From IMG/VR virus record IMGVR_UViG_3300006620_000015: 64,000 bases of DNA. The stretch is one strand, 5' to 3'. Positions within the stretch are counted from its first letter, which is position 1; the number at the start of each line of letters is the position of its first letter. Positions 29,346-39,618 of the stretch are shown one piece after another. The position numbers were made by a program, and so were the translations under genes. The notes under the pieces were generated by a model. It made no database searches and was not told where the DNA came from. It saw nothing but the letters and a program-made list of their open reading frames with translations. This DNA is from an uncultured virus (IMG/VR IMGVR_UViG_3300006620_000015). Lineage: Duplodnaviria; Heunggongvirae; Uroviricota; Caudoviricetes.

Positions 29346-29519
29346 CTACATTAGTATTCTTCGGCATATACGTTTACATTGGTGTTGATCCAAGGAATCA
29401 CATTCAATTAGACATTCGTAGTAATCATTTAATTTCTGATTTTCTATTTGTAAATCATCAACAGTGTCTTCAAAATGTCGCCACTCATCTAATTGAGCCC
29501 TTGATAATAGATTGTGCAT
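29346..29519 (-). CDS. Small Cys-rich protein (DYYECLIEC...CKRIC)
   Basis: Strong SD GGAGGTG before ATG at 29519; own terminator. Confidence 0.8.
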   Translation of the reverse strand: MHNLLSRAQLDEWRHFEDTVDDLQIENQKLNDYYECLIECDSLDQHQCKRICRRILM

Positions 29520-29615
29520 CTGGTCACCTCCATACAAATTTAACTCATACTATAGGGAGGAAGTTTGAATCATTTGATCACCTCGCATAACTCTACTACT
29601 ATCTAGCCAACTTTG

Positions 29616-29631
29616 TGTATCGTAATATACA
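29616..29631. promoter_or_regulatory. NtcA-type binding site
   Basis: TGTA-N8-TACA; on the minus strand a TAN3T (TAGAGT) lies 21 nt downstream of the TAC. Confidence 0.55.
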
Positions 29632-29688
29632 TTTATTACTTTTTTACATAGTCTCAATGTATCTAAAAATATCTACACATATGAGCAT

Positions 29689-29714
29689 AAAAAAAGACCC
29701 CTCTGTGAGGGGTC
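29689..29714 (-). terminator. Rho-independent terminator after gp23
   Basis: GACCCCTC-ACA-GAGGGGTC-T7. Confidence 0.85.
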
Positions 29715-29737
29715 TGTAAGGTCCTATGTGAGATGAA

Positions 29738-31090
29738 TCACATGAGGTTGGTAACACGGACACGTCTGTAGTAGACGTTAGTGCTGAGGTTACCAGCGTT
29801 GACGGGATCGGAGTTGGAAAGAGCAGTTTCGCCTTTAGCAAATGGGTTGAGGACCATGCCGTAGCGAGTCTTGAATCCGATCTTGGGCTGGAAGGTGTCA
29901 GGTCCGATTGCACGTACCATCTGCAGAGGTACATATGGGCAATAGAACAGACCAGCGTCATAAGGTGAAGTACCCTTATAACCAGCAATGAAGAACTGAG
30001 CAGCGTTAGCGCCCTCAGTAGGCAGTGCAGAATAAGGATCAATGTAAACGCGGATGCGACCGTTCAGCGTACCAACGAAGGTGCTGCCAGTGTCATCAAC
30101 GTTCAGACCTGTGTTAAGAGCAGGGTTGTAGTCAAGGACACCAGCCATTGACAGGGCGGAAGCAACGTCTGAAGAACAGACGAGCATGTTGCCCTTCCCT
30201 CTACGAGTCTCTTTTGCGATGGCGTTCATTTCACGCTCAATCTGGAAGAGGAGACCCTTGAACTTCTCAACGCTCCAACGTCCGTTGGAATCAACGTCCA
30301 TGTCGAATGTACCTTGAGTAGCAACGTTCTGCTGAGCACCAGGCTTAGCGGAGCGGAATACGGTACGAACGACTTCTCTGTTGATTTCGGTGAGGATCTC
30401 AGCAGAGAGGATGTTAGCGAGTTCAGTCTCGGCATCCAGACCATGAATTGCCTTCAGGTCTTGTGCGAGTTCGATGCTGTACTCAGCTTTCAGAGCGCGT
30501 GACTTAGCAGTAACGGCAATCTTCTCGATGCTGAATGCCATTTCAGGGAATACGCTAGCAGCGGCTTCGCCCAGAGCTTCAGCAGTTCCTGTTGCCATTG
30601 CGCCAGCAGAACCATAGGTGCCGCTGTCGTTAAGAACAGCAGGGTTGGTTCCAGTAGGAGCAGTACCACCAGCAGAGTTACCACTGTCGTAAGCAGTACC
30701 AGAGAAAGCAGAGTTAACTTCGTTATAGAAGGTCTCGTCACCAGTCTGAGATTCGGTGCGTGAACGCATCGCGAAGATCAGTCCAGTAGGACCGTTCATT
30801 GGTTGAACGCCACAAATATCATAGGCGATCAGGTTAGGCATCGAGCGACGGATCAGGGAGATCAGTACGGGGTCGAAACCTGCTACGTTTCCACTACCTG
30901 TGGTAGGTGTATTGATAGGACCAGCGTTAGTAGGCGCTTCGGTCAGCATTCTCTCCTCACGGAGGAATTTCTCTTGGTTTTCCAGAAGTTGAGTGGTAAC
31001 AGCCTTCTTGTAACTATCTTTGATCTCGGGGAGATCGCCGTGAGTCAGAACAGGTGCCCACTTCTCCTGGAGTTGTTCGGTATTGAACAT
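29738..31090 (-). CDS. gp23: Major capsid protein (T4 gp23)
   Basis: GVQPMNGPTGLIFAMR, AKSRALKAEY, ELAQDLKAIHGLDAE, FQPKIGFKTRYG. Confidence 0.99.
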   Translation of the reverse strand: MFNTEQLQEKWAPVLTHGDLPEIKDSYKKAVTTQLLENQEKFLREERMLTEAPTNAGPINTPTTGSGNVAGFDPVLISLIRRSMPNLIAYDICGVQPMNGPTGLIFAMRSRTESQTGDETFYNEVNSAFSGTAYDSGNSAGGTAPTGTNPAVLNDSGTYGSAGAMATGTAEALGEAAASVFPEMAFSIEKIAVTAKSRALKAEYSIELAQDLKAIHGLDAETELANILSAEILTEINREVVRTVFRSAKPGAQQNVATQGTFDMDVDSNGRWSVEKFKGLLFQIEREMNAIAKETRRGKGNMLVCSSDVASALSMAGVLDYNPALNTGLNVDDTGSTFVGTLNGRIRVYIDPYSALPTEGANAAQFFIAGYKGTSPYDAGLFYCPYVPLQMVRAIGPDTFQPKIGFKTRYGMVLNPFAKGETALSNSDPVNAGNLSTNVYYRRVRVTNLM

Positions 31091-31147
31091 TTTGTTCTCC
31101 TTGGAAAAATTTAATGTTTGTGAACTATAACTTATTTATAATTTAGA

Positions 31148-32233
31148 TCACTTATTGTAGCGTGAGATTGCGGAAACATATCTCTCCATGCCAGCAGGGA
31201 TTGCCTTCTCGGCAACAGGCTCAGATTCTTCTACGCTCTCATTGATTGAAGTCTTGGGGAAATAGTTTTCCTTGATAGTTTCAATCTTCTCTTTGAATGA
31301 CTCTTCGGAAACAAACTCTACACCCTCAGCAAGGGAGGAAAGTTTTTCTTTCTGAGTATCAGCGAGACCCTGAGATACTTCGGCAACGATAGATTCTTTG
31401 ACGAATTCTCCCAGAGCAGAATTTAATTCAACATTCTTGTCAATTTGTTCGTTGAGTTTTGACTCCATTTCATCTAGTTTTTCGCTCATCCCCTCAACCA
31501 TATCGTACTTCTCTTCTGGAATATCCATGTAGTGTTCGGTGAACACTCCCTTAAGAGCAGACATAAAGGACTCAGCAATCTCGGTGCGAATACCTTCGTT
31601 GATTGCGAGCTTGTTATCATTAATCCATTGTTCTACAATATAATTCAAGAAGGAGTCAACCTTAGATGACATTTCCTCCTTGATCACGTCAATTTGCTCA
31701 TTCAACTGAGCAGCATAGCTTTCTTCCAGACGCTTGGTTTCTTCATCAATTCTAGAAGAAACAGCGGCGCTGAAAATTGTTGTTGCCTTTTCCTTAAACT
31801 CTTCAGAAAGATCCTCGCCATTAACGAGAGCATTGATGTCATCAGTAACATCAATTTCTTCCTTAGCAAGTTTAGGCATTGCGTCCCCGCCACCACGGCT
31901 AACTTTCTTGCCAGCCATATCCTTGCCACCTTCTAATTTAGGCATAGGATCTTGCTTGCCTTCGCCCGAGTTAACTGCAGTCTTAGACTTTTTAACTGGA
32001 GCAGCAGCCTTAGCACCAGAGTTCTCAAACTTACCTGAGTACTCGGCGGATGATCCTGCAGCCATTGGTTCAACATTGGCAACAGCAACATCAGAACCAG
32101 TAGCGGCAGGAAGATGTGAACCTTCAGCTGGAGCAGCACCAGCAGTGACAGCGTTGTTCATTTCTGTAACAGTCTCCGCATCGACGTTTTCTGATACGAA
32201 ATCCTCAAATTTCTCGTTTAACGAATTAGCCAT
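31148..32233 (-). CDS. gp22: Prohead core scaffold (T4 gp22)
   Basis: LSEEFKEKATTIFSAAV, VDSFLNYIVEQW; acidic coiled coil between gp21 and gp23. Confidence 0.93.
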   Translation of the reverse strand: MANSLNEKFEDFVSENVDAETVTEMNNAVTAGAAPAEGSHLPAATGSDVAVANVEPMAAGSSAEYSGKFENSGAKAAAPVKKSKTAVNSGEGKQDPMPKLEGGKDMAGKKVSRGGGDAMPKLAKEEIDVTDDINALVNGEDLSEEFKEKATTIFSAAVSSRIDEETKRLEESYAAQLNEQIDVIKEEMSSKVDSFLNYIVEQWINDNKLAINEGIRTEIAESFMSALKGVFTEHYMDIPEEKYDMVEGMSEKLDEMESKLNEQIDKNVELNSALGEFVKESIVAEVSQGLADTQKEKLSSLAEGVEFVSEESFKEKIETIKENYFPKTSINESVEESEPVAEKAIPAGMERYVSAISRYNK

Positions 32234-32284
32234 TTAAAATAACCCCTAAAGGACCTTAGTTTTTCTATTACTTATTTATTAAAT

Positions 32285-32929
32285 TTATAAGTTAGAGAGC
32301 AGTTTCTCAAAGCTCTCAAGGATTTTACCCTCAAGTGCTCCGCGTGATACTCTCTCTAAATCTTCTTTTACTTGCTGGAGTTCTGCTTCTTTAAATGCCC
32401 CATTGTTCCAGACCCATTCTTTTCCTTCCATGATTCCGTTGACGAATGCATCTGGGGCAGAAGGATCAGCAACAATATCAGCAGCAGTTGTAAGCATAAA
32501 GTCATCCCTGACATAATTTGATCCACCTTTGGATTCAAGACTTCCTACACCTCTGGAAGAAACTCCAAGTTGAACACCTTCTCTAAGGAGATTCTTGGCA
32601 ATTGATCCCATAGGAGTTTCAAGTAATTTTGCCTTACCAATATAGTTTGCACCATCTTGATAGAGTTCTACAATCTTATGTGAAACACGATCAAGGTTGA
32701 TGGTAGGACCATCAGGATGACCGAGTTCACCTAGAGCACGGGACTTTTGAACGAAATTTTCGTTGTAGTTAGTTACTTCGCGCTGAAGAACAGGCATCGG
32801 ATATACTCTCCCATTGCGATTTTTGATATCGCCCTGTAAAAATACTCCCTGAATATATGTATACTCTTTTCCATCCTTCTCTTCAGTGAGAAGTTCAATA
32901 TCTTCAATGTGCTCTACGATTAGTTTCAT
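32285..32929 (-). CDS. gp21: Prohead protease (T4 gp21)
   Basis: NRNGRVY, GELGHP, GVSSRG, DIVADPSAPDA. Confidence 0.97.
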   Translation of the reverse strand: MKLIVEHIEDIELLTEEKDGKEYTYIQGVFLQGDIKNRNGRVYPMPVLQREVTNYNENFVQKSRALGELGHPDGPTINLDRVSHKIVELYQDGANYIGKAKLLETPMGSIAKNLLREGVQLGVSSRGVGSLESKGGSNYVRDDFMLTTAADIVADPSAPDAFVNGIMEGKEWVWNNGAFKEAELQQVKEDLERVSRGALEGKILESFEKLLSNL

Positions 32930-33195
32930 TGTTCTTCTTCGGGTTCGGTTTCGGTGGTAGGTTCTTCAATCTCCTGTTCTGCGGATCCTTCTGGTTGCGG
33001 AGCATCAATGTTAGGATCACCTTCACCAACTTCAGGTTCTCCTTCGGTTGGATTCATGAGTTGACCAGCATATTCTTTTTTATAAGAATCTAATGCTTCA
33101 GATGCCTTAGCATACAGAAGATCAATCACCTCATCAGATGCAACAGAGTTCTCTCCGTTAACAATTTTGTCAATCAATTCTTTAGTAACAGTCAT
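32926..33195 (-). CDS. Small acidic prohead core protein (gp67/gp68 position)
   Basis: Acidic 89-aa ORF between gp20 and gp21 with late-type motif upstream. Confidence 0.7.
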   Translation of the reverse strand: MTVTKELIDKIVNGENSVASDEVIDLLYAKASEALDSYKKEYAGQLMNPTEGEPEVGEGDPNIDAPQPEGSAEQEIEEPTTETEPEEEQ

Positions 33196-33221
33196 AATTG
33201 TAAATTAATTTATAAAGTTAT

Positions 33222-34856
33222 TTAGTTTTCAACTTCTTTAGAAGTCTGTGCTTTCATAGGAGGTTTTGTTGATGTATCAACTGGACCGCCTGCTGGTGGA
33301 GCAGCAGCATTAGGATCTTCCACTGGCATGACTGGAGTATCCATAAGTTCACCAGACTTCTTCTCCTTCTCAATTTGAATGCGGATCTCTTCAATCTCGG
33401 ATTCTTTTTGCTGTAGGATCTGACGCTTGATATGATCATTGGAGTAATAAACACCCATGAAAGGTTGCATTCTTTCTACGAGGTTTAATCTCTCACCGAT
33501 CATCTCAATCTCTTTGAGTTCTGTGAAATGGTTATCAAACAGATAGTCATATTGAATATGCTGTTCCATCAATTCCCAGTCATCCACAGTGATAACACCT
33601 TTGAGGATCAACTGAGTCTTCAACATATCATTGAAGAGATGTGAGAATTGCTTGCGGAGTCTACCGACAAACTTGATGAACTTAAGTTCATCGCGCAGGA
33701 TCTCATTAGAGCGTCCAAGACTAAATCCCTTTTCCTCGCCCACGCGAGATGGTGGGAGGTTTAGCGATTTGTAGAGTTTCTTCAGGAAGTATTCAACGTC
33801 CTTCAGTTCTCCAAGATTCTGAGCACCAGGAAGTGTAGTAATCTCTGTACCTCTACCACCTTCGCGGCGAGGTAACCAGAAGTCTTCCAGCATACTCATG
33901 AACTTTTTGTCGTCACGAATCTCACCAGTGCTGGCATCATATACCAGTTTATTTCTATAGCGAGACATAACTTCACGCAGATATTGTTCTGCCTTGACCT
34001 TTGGAAGATTACCAACGTCAATGTAGAAAATTCTACGTTCTGGTGCGCGGGACATTCTGTAGATAACCAGAGAATCTTCAATCATTCTCAGTTGGTTAAC
34101 TGCTTTCAGTGCCTTATGCAGATAGGACAATGGCAGATTTTGATTCATGTCCATCAGTCCTGACGTGCAGAACGTGATCGCATCGGGTGCAATCTTCACA
34201 CCAAGTTGATCGTTCCCTGCAAGACTAACCGCTGCTTTATGGTTGAATACTCCTTTGGGATTGTAGAGATAGTATTCGTTTACATCACCGTAGTTTAAAA
34301 CTTTTGCTTTATCTCCACCACCTGCCGCAGGTTTCTTTTTAACCTCACGCATTTTCTTGACCTTCAGTGGATCAATGTAGCGAAGTTCTTTGATACCCTC
34401 AGTGGGTTTTGTTACATCAATTACTTTATGATAATAAAGTCTTCCGTCAATATACCAACGTCTGAAAATATGGTAGCACTTTTTATCAAACTGCAGCAAG
34501 CGTTTGATCTCGTTAAATTCTTCTCTGATTCTCTTCTTGATTGACTCGCTCTGCTCAAGATTAGAGAGTTCGATTTCTACTGGTGAGTCATCACCATCTG
34601 CAACGATTGCTTCGTTGACTACTTCATCAATTGCGGAGTCAACTTCAGGGTGTAATGAGACTTCGCGATACTTTCGGATCTGCTCAAACTCATTTCTGGA
34701 GACACCCTCCATATCAACATATTGACCGTAATAACCTCCAGCGGAGATTGTTACGGTCCCGTCGTCATTATTAGGAGCAACAGGGGAGATTAACCCCTGC
34801 TGCTTCTTTTTCTTTTGGTCTCCTTTATCAAGGGAAAACCCAAATAACTCCGCCAT
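33222..34856 (-). CDS. gp20: Portal protein (T4 gp20)
   Basis: WYIDGR, YRMSRAPERRIFYIDVGNLP, EDFWLPRREGGRGTEI. Confidence 0.99.
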   Translation of the reverse strand: MAELFGFSLDKGDQKKKKQQGLISPVAPNNDDGTVTISAGGYYGQYVDMEGVSRNEFEQIRKYREVSLHPEVDSAIDEVVNEAIVADGDDSPVEIELSNLEQSESIKKRIREEFNEIKRLLQFDKKCYHIFRRWYIDGRLYYHKVIDVTKPTEGIKELRYIDPLKVKKMREVKKKPAAGGGDKAKVLNYGDVNEYYLYNPKGVFNHKAAVSLAGNDQLGVKIAPDAITFCTSGLMDMNQNLPLSYLHKALKAVNQLRMIEDSLVIYRMSRAPERRIFYIDVGNLPKVKAEQYLREVMSRYRNKLVYDASTGEIRDDKKFMSMLEDFWLPRREGGRGTEITTLPGAQNLGELKDVEYFLKKLYKSLNLPPSRVGEEKGFSLGRSNEILRDELKFIKFVGRLRKQFSHLFNDMLKTQLILKGVITVDDWELMEQHIQYDYLFDNHFTELKEIEMIGERLNLVERMQPFMGVYYSNDHIKRQILQQKESEIEEIRIQIEKEKKSGELMDTPVMPVEDPNAAAPPAGGPVDTSTKPPMKAQTSKEVEN

Positions 34857-34898
34857 TGTATAAGGTTAACTACGTTTACTGTAGTTATTTATTCAGAA

Positions 34899-35495
34899 TC
34901 AAATAGCGGAAGTTGCTCCGATGTCAACAGCATCATCTTTCTTTTTAGCTTCCCACCAGTCATACTGGAATTCAACAGTGTACTCAGCAATAGTATTGTT
35001 GTTGTCATATGACAAATCAATCTGAGCAATGTTAGTTGGGAAAGCATGAATGAAATCATAGGATCTTACGATTTTATGTGGATCCTTCAGTGCTGTACCA
35101 GTGCTGATTCCACGCTCCAGTTGAGAAACTCTCAATGTTGCAGAATACTCATCTGTATAACCTGCACCGTTCTCATGCTTGTTCAGTTTATTCATCCACT
35201 TCTCAAAGTACGCTCTGACATCCATGGTCTCATCAGCCATAACTGTGACAGTCCAGGATTCAAAGGTGCGATCACCAGGAAGTTTGATGACTCTGCCTCT
35301 AAAAGGAACTTCTACCGTTCCAATTGTGCTGGCAGGAATACCAGCGGAACGGCAGAGGAATGTAAAATCGGCGTCTGTTCCTTTCACACCAGAATCTTCA
35401 TCCAGATTATCTCCAAGTGAGGTTACACTCACCATGAATAGATTAGGACGGATACCATAACCAATTTTAGATTTAAATGAAGTTAAGTTTGCCAT
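34899..35495 (-). CDS. gp19: Tail tube protein (T4 gp19)
   Basis: RPNLF, PFRGR..KLPGDRTFESW, FPTNI, EYTVEFQYDWW. Confidence 0.95.
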   Translation of the reverse strand: MANLTSFKSKIGYGIRPNLFMVSVTSLGDNLDEDSGVKGTDADFTFLCRSAGIPASTIGTVEVPFRGRVIKLPGDRTFESWTVTVMADETMDVRAYFEKWMNKLNKHENGAGYTDEYSATLRVSQLERGISTGTALKDPHKIVRSYDFIHAFPTNIAQIDLSYDNNNTIAEYTVEFQYDWWEAKKKDDAVDIGATSAI

Positions 35496-35531
35496 TGTTT
35501 GATTATCTCCTTAAGTGTATTTATTTTCTAA

Positions 35532-37472
35532 TCAAACTCTGCCGATAACTTCGTCGAAGGAGACGCCCGTGCGGGTAGCAACGAATGTCAGAGTGATGAA
35601 GTTAATGGAGCGAGAAGGCTTGATGTAGATGTCAGCAACAAATTCATTACGATCAATAACATCTGGAGTGTTATTAGTAGTATCCGCGACTACGAGGAAG
35701 TCAGTCATGCCTCTTCTTGCCTGAATGTCACGCATGTAGTTGTTAACCTGCGTGGAGAAATTCAAACGAGTAGTATCATCATTTAATTCAAACAGAACAT
35801 TTTTTGAGAAGTTCTTGACTGTTCTCTCAAGGATGAGGAACAGACGACGAACGTTGATTCTGTCGAAGGCGGAAGGACTACGGAGAGCAGTCTTGTCACC
35901 GAACAGAACGATGCCCTGACCAGGGAATGAAACGATTGGATTGACACGATTAGAATAGAGATCATCTCTCTGTGCCTTATTTGGGTTGAATGCAATCTTA
36001 ATTGCATTTCTCAGGTTACCTCTGTTGAAACCAGCAGGGGAATACCATGCTTCCGAAACAGCAGTTGTGTTAACACAAAGACCTGCCATGTCAGCATTAG
36101 TTGGGATGTAACGATATTGATCGTTAAATCTGTCGTAGATATACTTGTAGTTGTTATCAAATACAGCGTAAGAAGAACTATCGCTAATTGCTTCAAAGAA
36201 CTCAGTTACGTTCTTTGCTTGGTCAGCTGCTGTAGAAGCATTTGCTCCAACAACGTCAGATCTCTGTGGGGAGATGAAAGCAATACAATCCTTTCTTTGG
36301 TTGGCAAGATTGATCAGTGAATTTGCTTTGGCAAGATTTGAAGGACCGCAAAGAATGTAGTCAATTGTGATGGTCTCTGTATCGGAGAAAGCATCAAGAT
36401 ATGTTTGAGTCTCGTTACCAACGTTGTAGTTAGCGTAATCAGTACCAGCAGATAATGTATATGAACGAGGACCATACAGATGGAATGAAGAAGCAGGAGT
36501 TCCAGAAACTGTAATTGCCTCAGAACCACTGTAGGTGAAAACATCAGTACCGTCTTCGTAAGCTCCGAGGAAAACATACTTAGAACGACCCTTGATTACA
36601 TCCTTATAATGGTTTGCTTCACCTTCACTAGTTCTAGCGCCAACAGCTTTCGAGAGATAAAGCATTTTTTCCAGAACAGAGTTTGCTGTTCCAGTAATGC
36701 CACCTGTTTTGTCGAGAACTACAACGTGAATTTCATCATTAGCACCACCGCGTGCTGCAGCATAAGGTGAAGTACCAGGACGAGGAGCAAGTGCATTCCA
36801 CTTGATTTGACCTGCAACAGCATACTGCTCATTATACCAGTCAGCGACTGAATCAACATTCTCTCCGCCTACGGTTCCATTTTGTGCAAACTTAGCAGAA
36901 CCAGCATCAAGAACAACAGAGATCTTTGTAGTGTCTCCAGTGTTGTCTTCATATGCAACTCCAGTAGCAGTACCATCAGTAACTGCATCACCTTGAGAGA
37001 CTGCTACACCACCACCAAGACTGAGGATTTGATCAGCACCACGGTCAATAGATACGACCTCAAGTGCGTTGCCATGAGTTCCTGGAGTTCTTGCAACGAA
37101 ATCATAAGTTTGAGCACTACCCTCAATGTTTGCTTCATATGCTGCACGGTTGTTAATTTTTACAGTAGCAACCGCTGCTGAGTTAGCATTGGTAAGATTA
37201 GTTCCAGAAGAATCAGCAATTCTTGCTACCTGGAGGTTACCACCGTAGTTAAGGAACTCGGAAGCAGTATACCAATACTCGTAGTTCTCTGCGGTAGGTT
37301 TTCCGAATTTTTCTACTAATTCTTTTTCGCTTGTAATTAATTCTGCTACTCCAACATCACCTTTCAAGAAAGGTCCTGCGATAGCACCGATATTAGTAAT
37401 TGTTTCCTGGAGACGTGAGTTAGTAAAATCGCGCTCCTGAACAACAATTCCTGGCGATACTTGTGTTGCCAT
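35532..37472 (-). CDS. gp18: Tail sheath protein (T4 gp18)
   Basis: SPGIVVQERD, WYSPAGFNRG, FGDKT, FDRINVRRLF, IKPSRSINFI. Confidence 0.98.
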   Translation of the reverse strand: MATQVSPGIVVQERDFTNSRLQETITNIGAIAGPFLKGDVGVAELITSEKELVEKFGKPTAENYEYWYTASEFLNYGGNLQVARIADSSGTNLTNANSAAVATVKINNRAAYEANIEGSAQTYDFVARTPGTHGNALEVVSIDRGADQILSLGGGVAVSQGDAVTDGTATGVAYEDNTGDTTKISVVLDAGSAKFAQNGTVGGENVDSVADWYNEQYAVAGQIKWNALAPRPGTSPYAAARGGANDEIHVVVLDKTGGITGTANSVLEKMLYLSKAVGARTSEGEANHYKDVIKGRSKYVFLGAYEDGTDVFTYSGSEAITVSGTPASSFHLYGPRSYTLSAGTDYANYNVGNETQTYLDAFSDTETITIDYILCGPSNLAKANSLINLANQRKDCIAFISPQRSDVVGANASTAADQAKNVTEFFEAISDSSSYAVFDNNYKYIYDRFNDQYRYIPTNADMAGLCVNTTAVSEAWYSPAGFNRGNLRNAIKIAFNPNKAQRDDLYSNRVNPIVSFPGQGIVLFGDKTALRSPSAFDRINVRRLFLILERTVKNFSKNVLFELNDDTTRLNFSTQVNNYMRDIQARRGMTDFLVVADTTNNTPDVIDRNEFVADIYIKPSRSINFITLTFVATRTGVSFDEVIGRV

Positions 37473-37551
37473 GTTTACCCCTAAAGTTCAGAAATTTGTT
37501 CTGTGATTATTTATTAAAAGCTATGTTTTAAGAGGGGAAACACTGCATGAA

Positions 37552-37776
37552 CTACCAGTCTGGATATGACCAAGTATGACTGTCACTACGTTTTCTATTT
37601 TTTATAACTCTATCTACGGTGCATTCTTTACACTCATATGCATAAGCTGATGGTGTTGCTCTACCCTTTCTAGTTCTATAAAAATCTGTCACTAAATCTT
37701 TTACGACACCACAAGATCTGCAGCGTCTCTGTTTAAAGAGCAAATGCTCTAGTTCAAATTCCTGTTCAAAATCCAT
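37552..37776 (-). CDS. Small zinc-finger protein
   Basis: CRSC...FY...YECKEC, C-terminal YPDW. Confidence 0.78.
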   Translation of the reverse strand: MDFEQEFELEHLLFKQRRCRSCGVVKDLVTDFYRTRKGRATPSAYAYECKECTVDRVIKNRKRSDSHTWSYPDW

Positions 37777-37951
37777 TTAATTGATGCTCCAAAATGAGCC
37801 GATAAAAGTTATCTCTCATTGCCAGCAGATCTGCTTGCTCATGAGGATCTCCACCCGCCCATTTGTCACATGCTTGTTTAAGACCAGCATGAATTACTCT
37901 CACACCATTAATATCTAATTCAATAGATATGTGACCTTCTTTAGAAGACAT
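37766..37951 (-). CDS. Small hypothetical protein (paralogue of 17762-17959)
   Basis: Coupled to gp17 stop; WAGGDPHEQ...DNFYRLILE. Confidence 0.72.
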   Translation of the reverse strand: MSSKEGHISIELDINGVRVIHAGLKQACDKWAGGDPHEQADLLAMRDNFYRLILEHQLNGF

Positions 37952-39615
37952 TATAGATAAGACCCCATGTAAGTGAACTCTGAAGATACATCACCATATT
38001 CATCCAAGAACCAACGATCACCTGACTCATCTACAAAACTTTCCTGATCTTCTAGACCATCAGAGATGAAACCAAATGGTGCCATGTCCTGTTCAATTTG
38101 ATTCTTTTGCTCATCGTAGATTCTTTGGCGGACATCATTATCCGTCATTTCCTTAAAGTAATCTTGTACTGCTAACCAGCAGAAAATTACAAGACACATC
38201 GCAAGGTCATCGTGACATCCTTCCTCTGCCTCAAACGAATCACGTTTAGAGATGAACGTCGTCAGTTCTGCGATAGTTTCATAGTCTGGGATGACCAATT
38301 TGTCATCCTCAATAAAAGTTTTTAAATTTAAACATCCGACTTTTTTTACGGTCTTAGACATCTTGACACCTAGTTGTGTTTTCTTTCCAGAGAATCCTGT
38401 GCCGACGATCTGTCCAGCACGCCCCCTCATGGCACACATAAGAATATGATCATACTCCAGATCATAATGCATCATGGATGCTACCTGATCTCCAATATCA
38501 TTAACTTCAGTTAAAATGTATGCTCTATTATATCCTCTGGCAATATCAACAATAATTGTTGGGAACATTATTGCCTTGATCTCATTGTTTCTGTATCGTG
38601 CTACAAGCCTGTAAGGGAACTTTGTAATGTCAAATACCAAAAACGCACTATAATCACTGCCCACACCACGGGCAACGTCAACAGTAACAATATAATCATG
38701 TTCTTTTTGGGGATTTTCATATACTACGAGACCTTTGTTGTTATTAGTAATAGGGTCATCATACACCATTGTACGCAATTTACTCGCAGCAATTAACGTA
38801 TCTACAGATCCAAGAAACTCACACTCAAATTCCTGTGTGAACTGTCGCTGAGAAGTGTTCGCAATAGTTTGTTCTTTCCACTTGGCATCCCTTCCAGGGA
38901 CTTGACTCCAGTGAACTTCAGTAGTAATATATTCATTCTTACCCCTCTCAGCATCATGCCAGAGTTTGTAGAACATATTCATACCATTCGGCGTGGAGAT
39001 GATAATTACTTTTGTACTCTTACCAGACGAAATGGTGGGGTATACAGAACTAAAAAACTGTTCCGCTATATGGGTAGGGACAAAAGCAAATTCGTCCAAG
39101 AAGATGATGTTGAATGACATACCTCGGACAGCAGAACTGGAGGTAGATGCTGCCATAATCTTAGAACCATTCTCCAGTTCTAGAGATCCTTTGTTCCATG
39201 ACACAATACCTTGCTGCATCCACTTAGGAAGGTTCTCATAAGCAAGTTGCAACCTGCCAAGAAGTTCTCTGGATGTGCTTAATTTGTTTGCTAGGATACC
39301 GATGTTGACATTATCATTAAAGATACAATAATGCAACAGATAAGATACCACCGTAGTGGACTTACCTGTCTGTCGTGGTAGTTTAGCAATGTTAAATCGG
39401 TTCGTATGGAACCTATTAATCATGTCCTCCTGAAAGTCCCACATTTTAAATGGAACAAGACCTTCGTCCAGAGAAACAATCTTGATATAATTTCTAGTAA
39501 AGTAGACGGGATCGTCAGCACATTTCAACCATTCCTGAACTTGATCAGGAGTGAAACTCATTTCCACGTTCGCCGCTTTTAGATTAGGCGAACCTTTATA
39601 AACTTTATCAGCCAT
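37951..39615 (-). CDS. gp17: Terminase large subunit (T4 gp17)
   Basis: PRQTGKST, FLDEFAF, STPNG, VDVARG, GCHDDL. Confidence 0.98.
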   Translation of the reverse strand: MADKVYKGSPNLKAANVEMSFTPDQVQEWLKCADDPVYFTRNYIKIVSLDEGLVPFKMWDFQEDMINRFHTNRFNIAKLPRQTGKSTTVVSYLLHYCIFNDNVNIGILANKLSTSRELLGRLQLAYENLPKWMQQGIVSWNKGSLELENGSKIMAASTSSSAVRGMSFNIIFLDEFAFVPTHIAEQFFSSVYPTISSGKSTKVIIISTPNGMNMFYKLWHDAERGKNEYITTEVHWSQVPGRDAKWKEQTIANTSQRQFTQEFECEFLGSVDTLIAASKLRTMVYDDPITNNNKGLVVYENPQKEHDYIVTVDVARGVGSDYSAFLVFDITKFPYRLVARYRNNEIKAIMFPTIIVDIARGYNRAYILTEVNDIGDQVASMMHYDLEYDHILMCAMRGRAGQIVGTGFSGKKTQLGVKMSKTVKKVGCLNLKTFIEDDKLVIPDYETIAELTTFISKRDSFEAEEGCHDDLAMCLVIFCWLAVQDYFKEMTDNDVRQRIYDEQKNQIEQDMAPFGFISDGLEDQESFVDESGDRWFLDEYGDVSSEFTYMGSYL

Positions 39616-39618
39616 TTA

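Noticed and set aside
29346..29519. Calling the small Cys-rich protein CP12
   Set aside because: Lacks the CP12 C-terminal C-x8-C-x2-Y(D/E) motif; Cys spacing differs
29644..30042. 132-aa ORF overlapping the gp23 3' end
   Set aside because: Out-of-frame shadow running through the gp23 terminator; no recognisable features
9212..39615. Introns or inteins in gp41, gp43, gp46, uvsW, gp20 or gp17
   Set aside because: All are uninterrupted and of ordinary length, with no intein boundary motifs noticed
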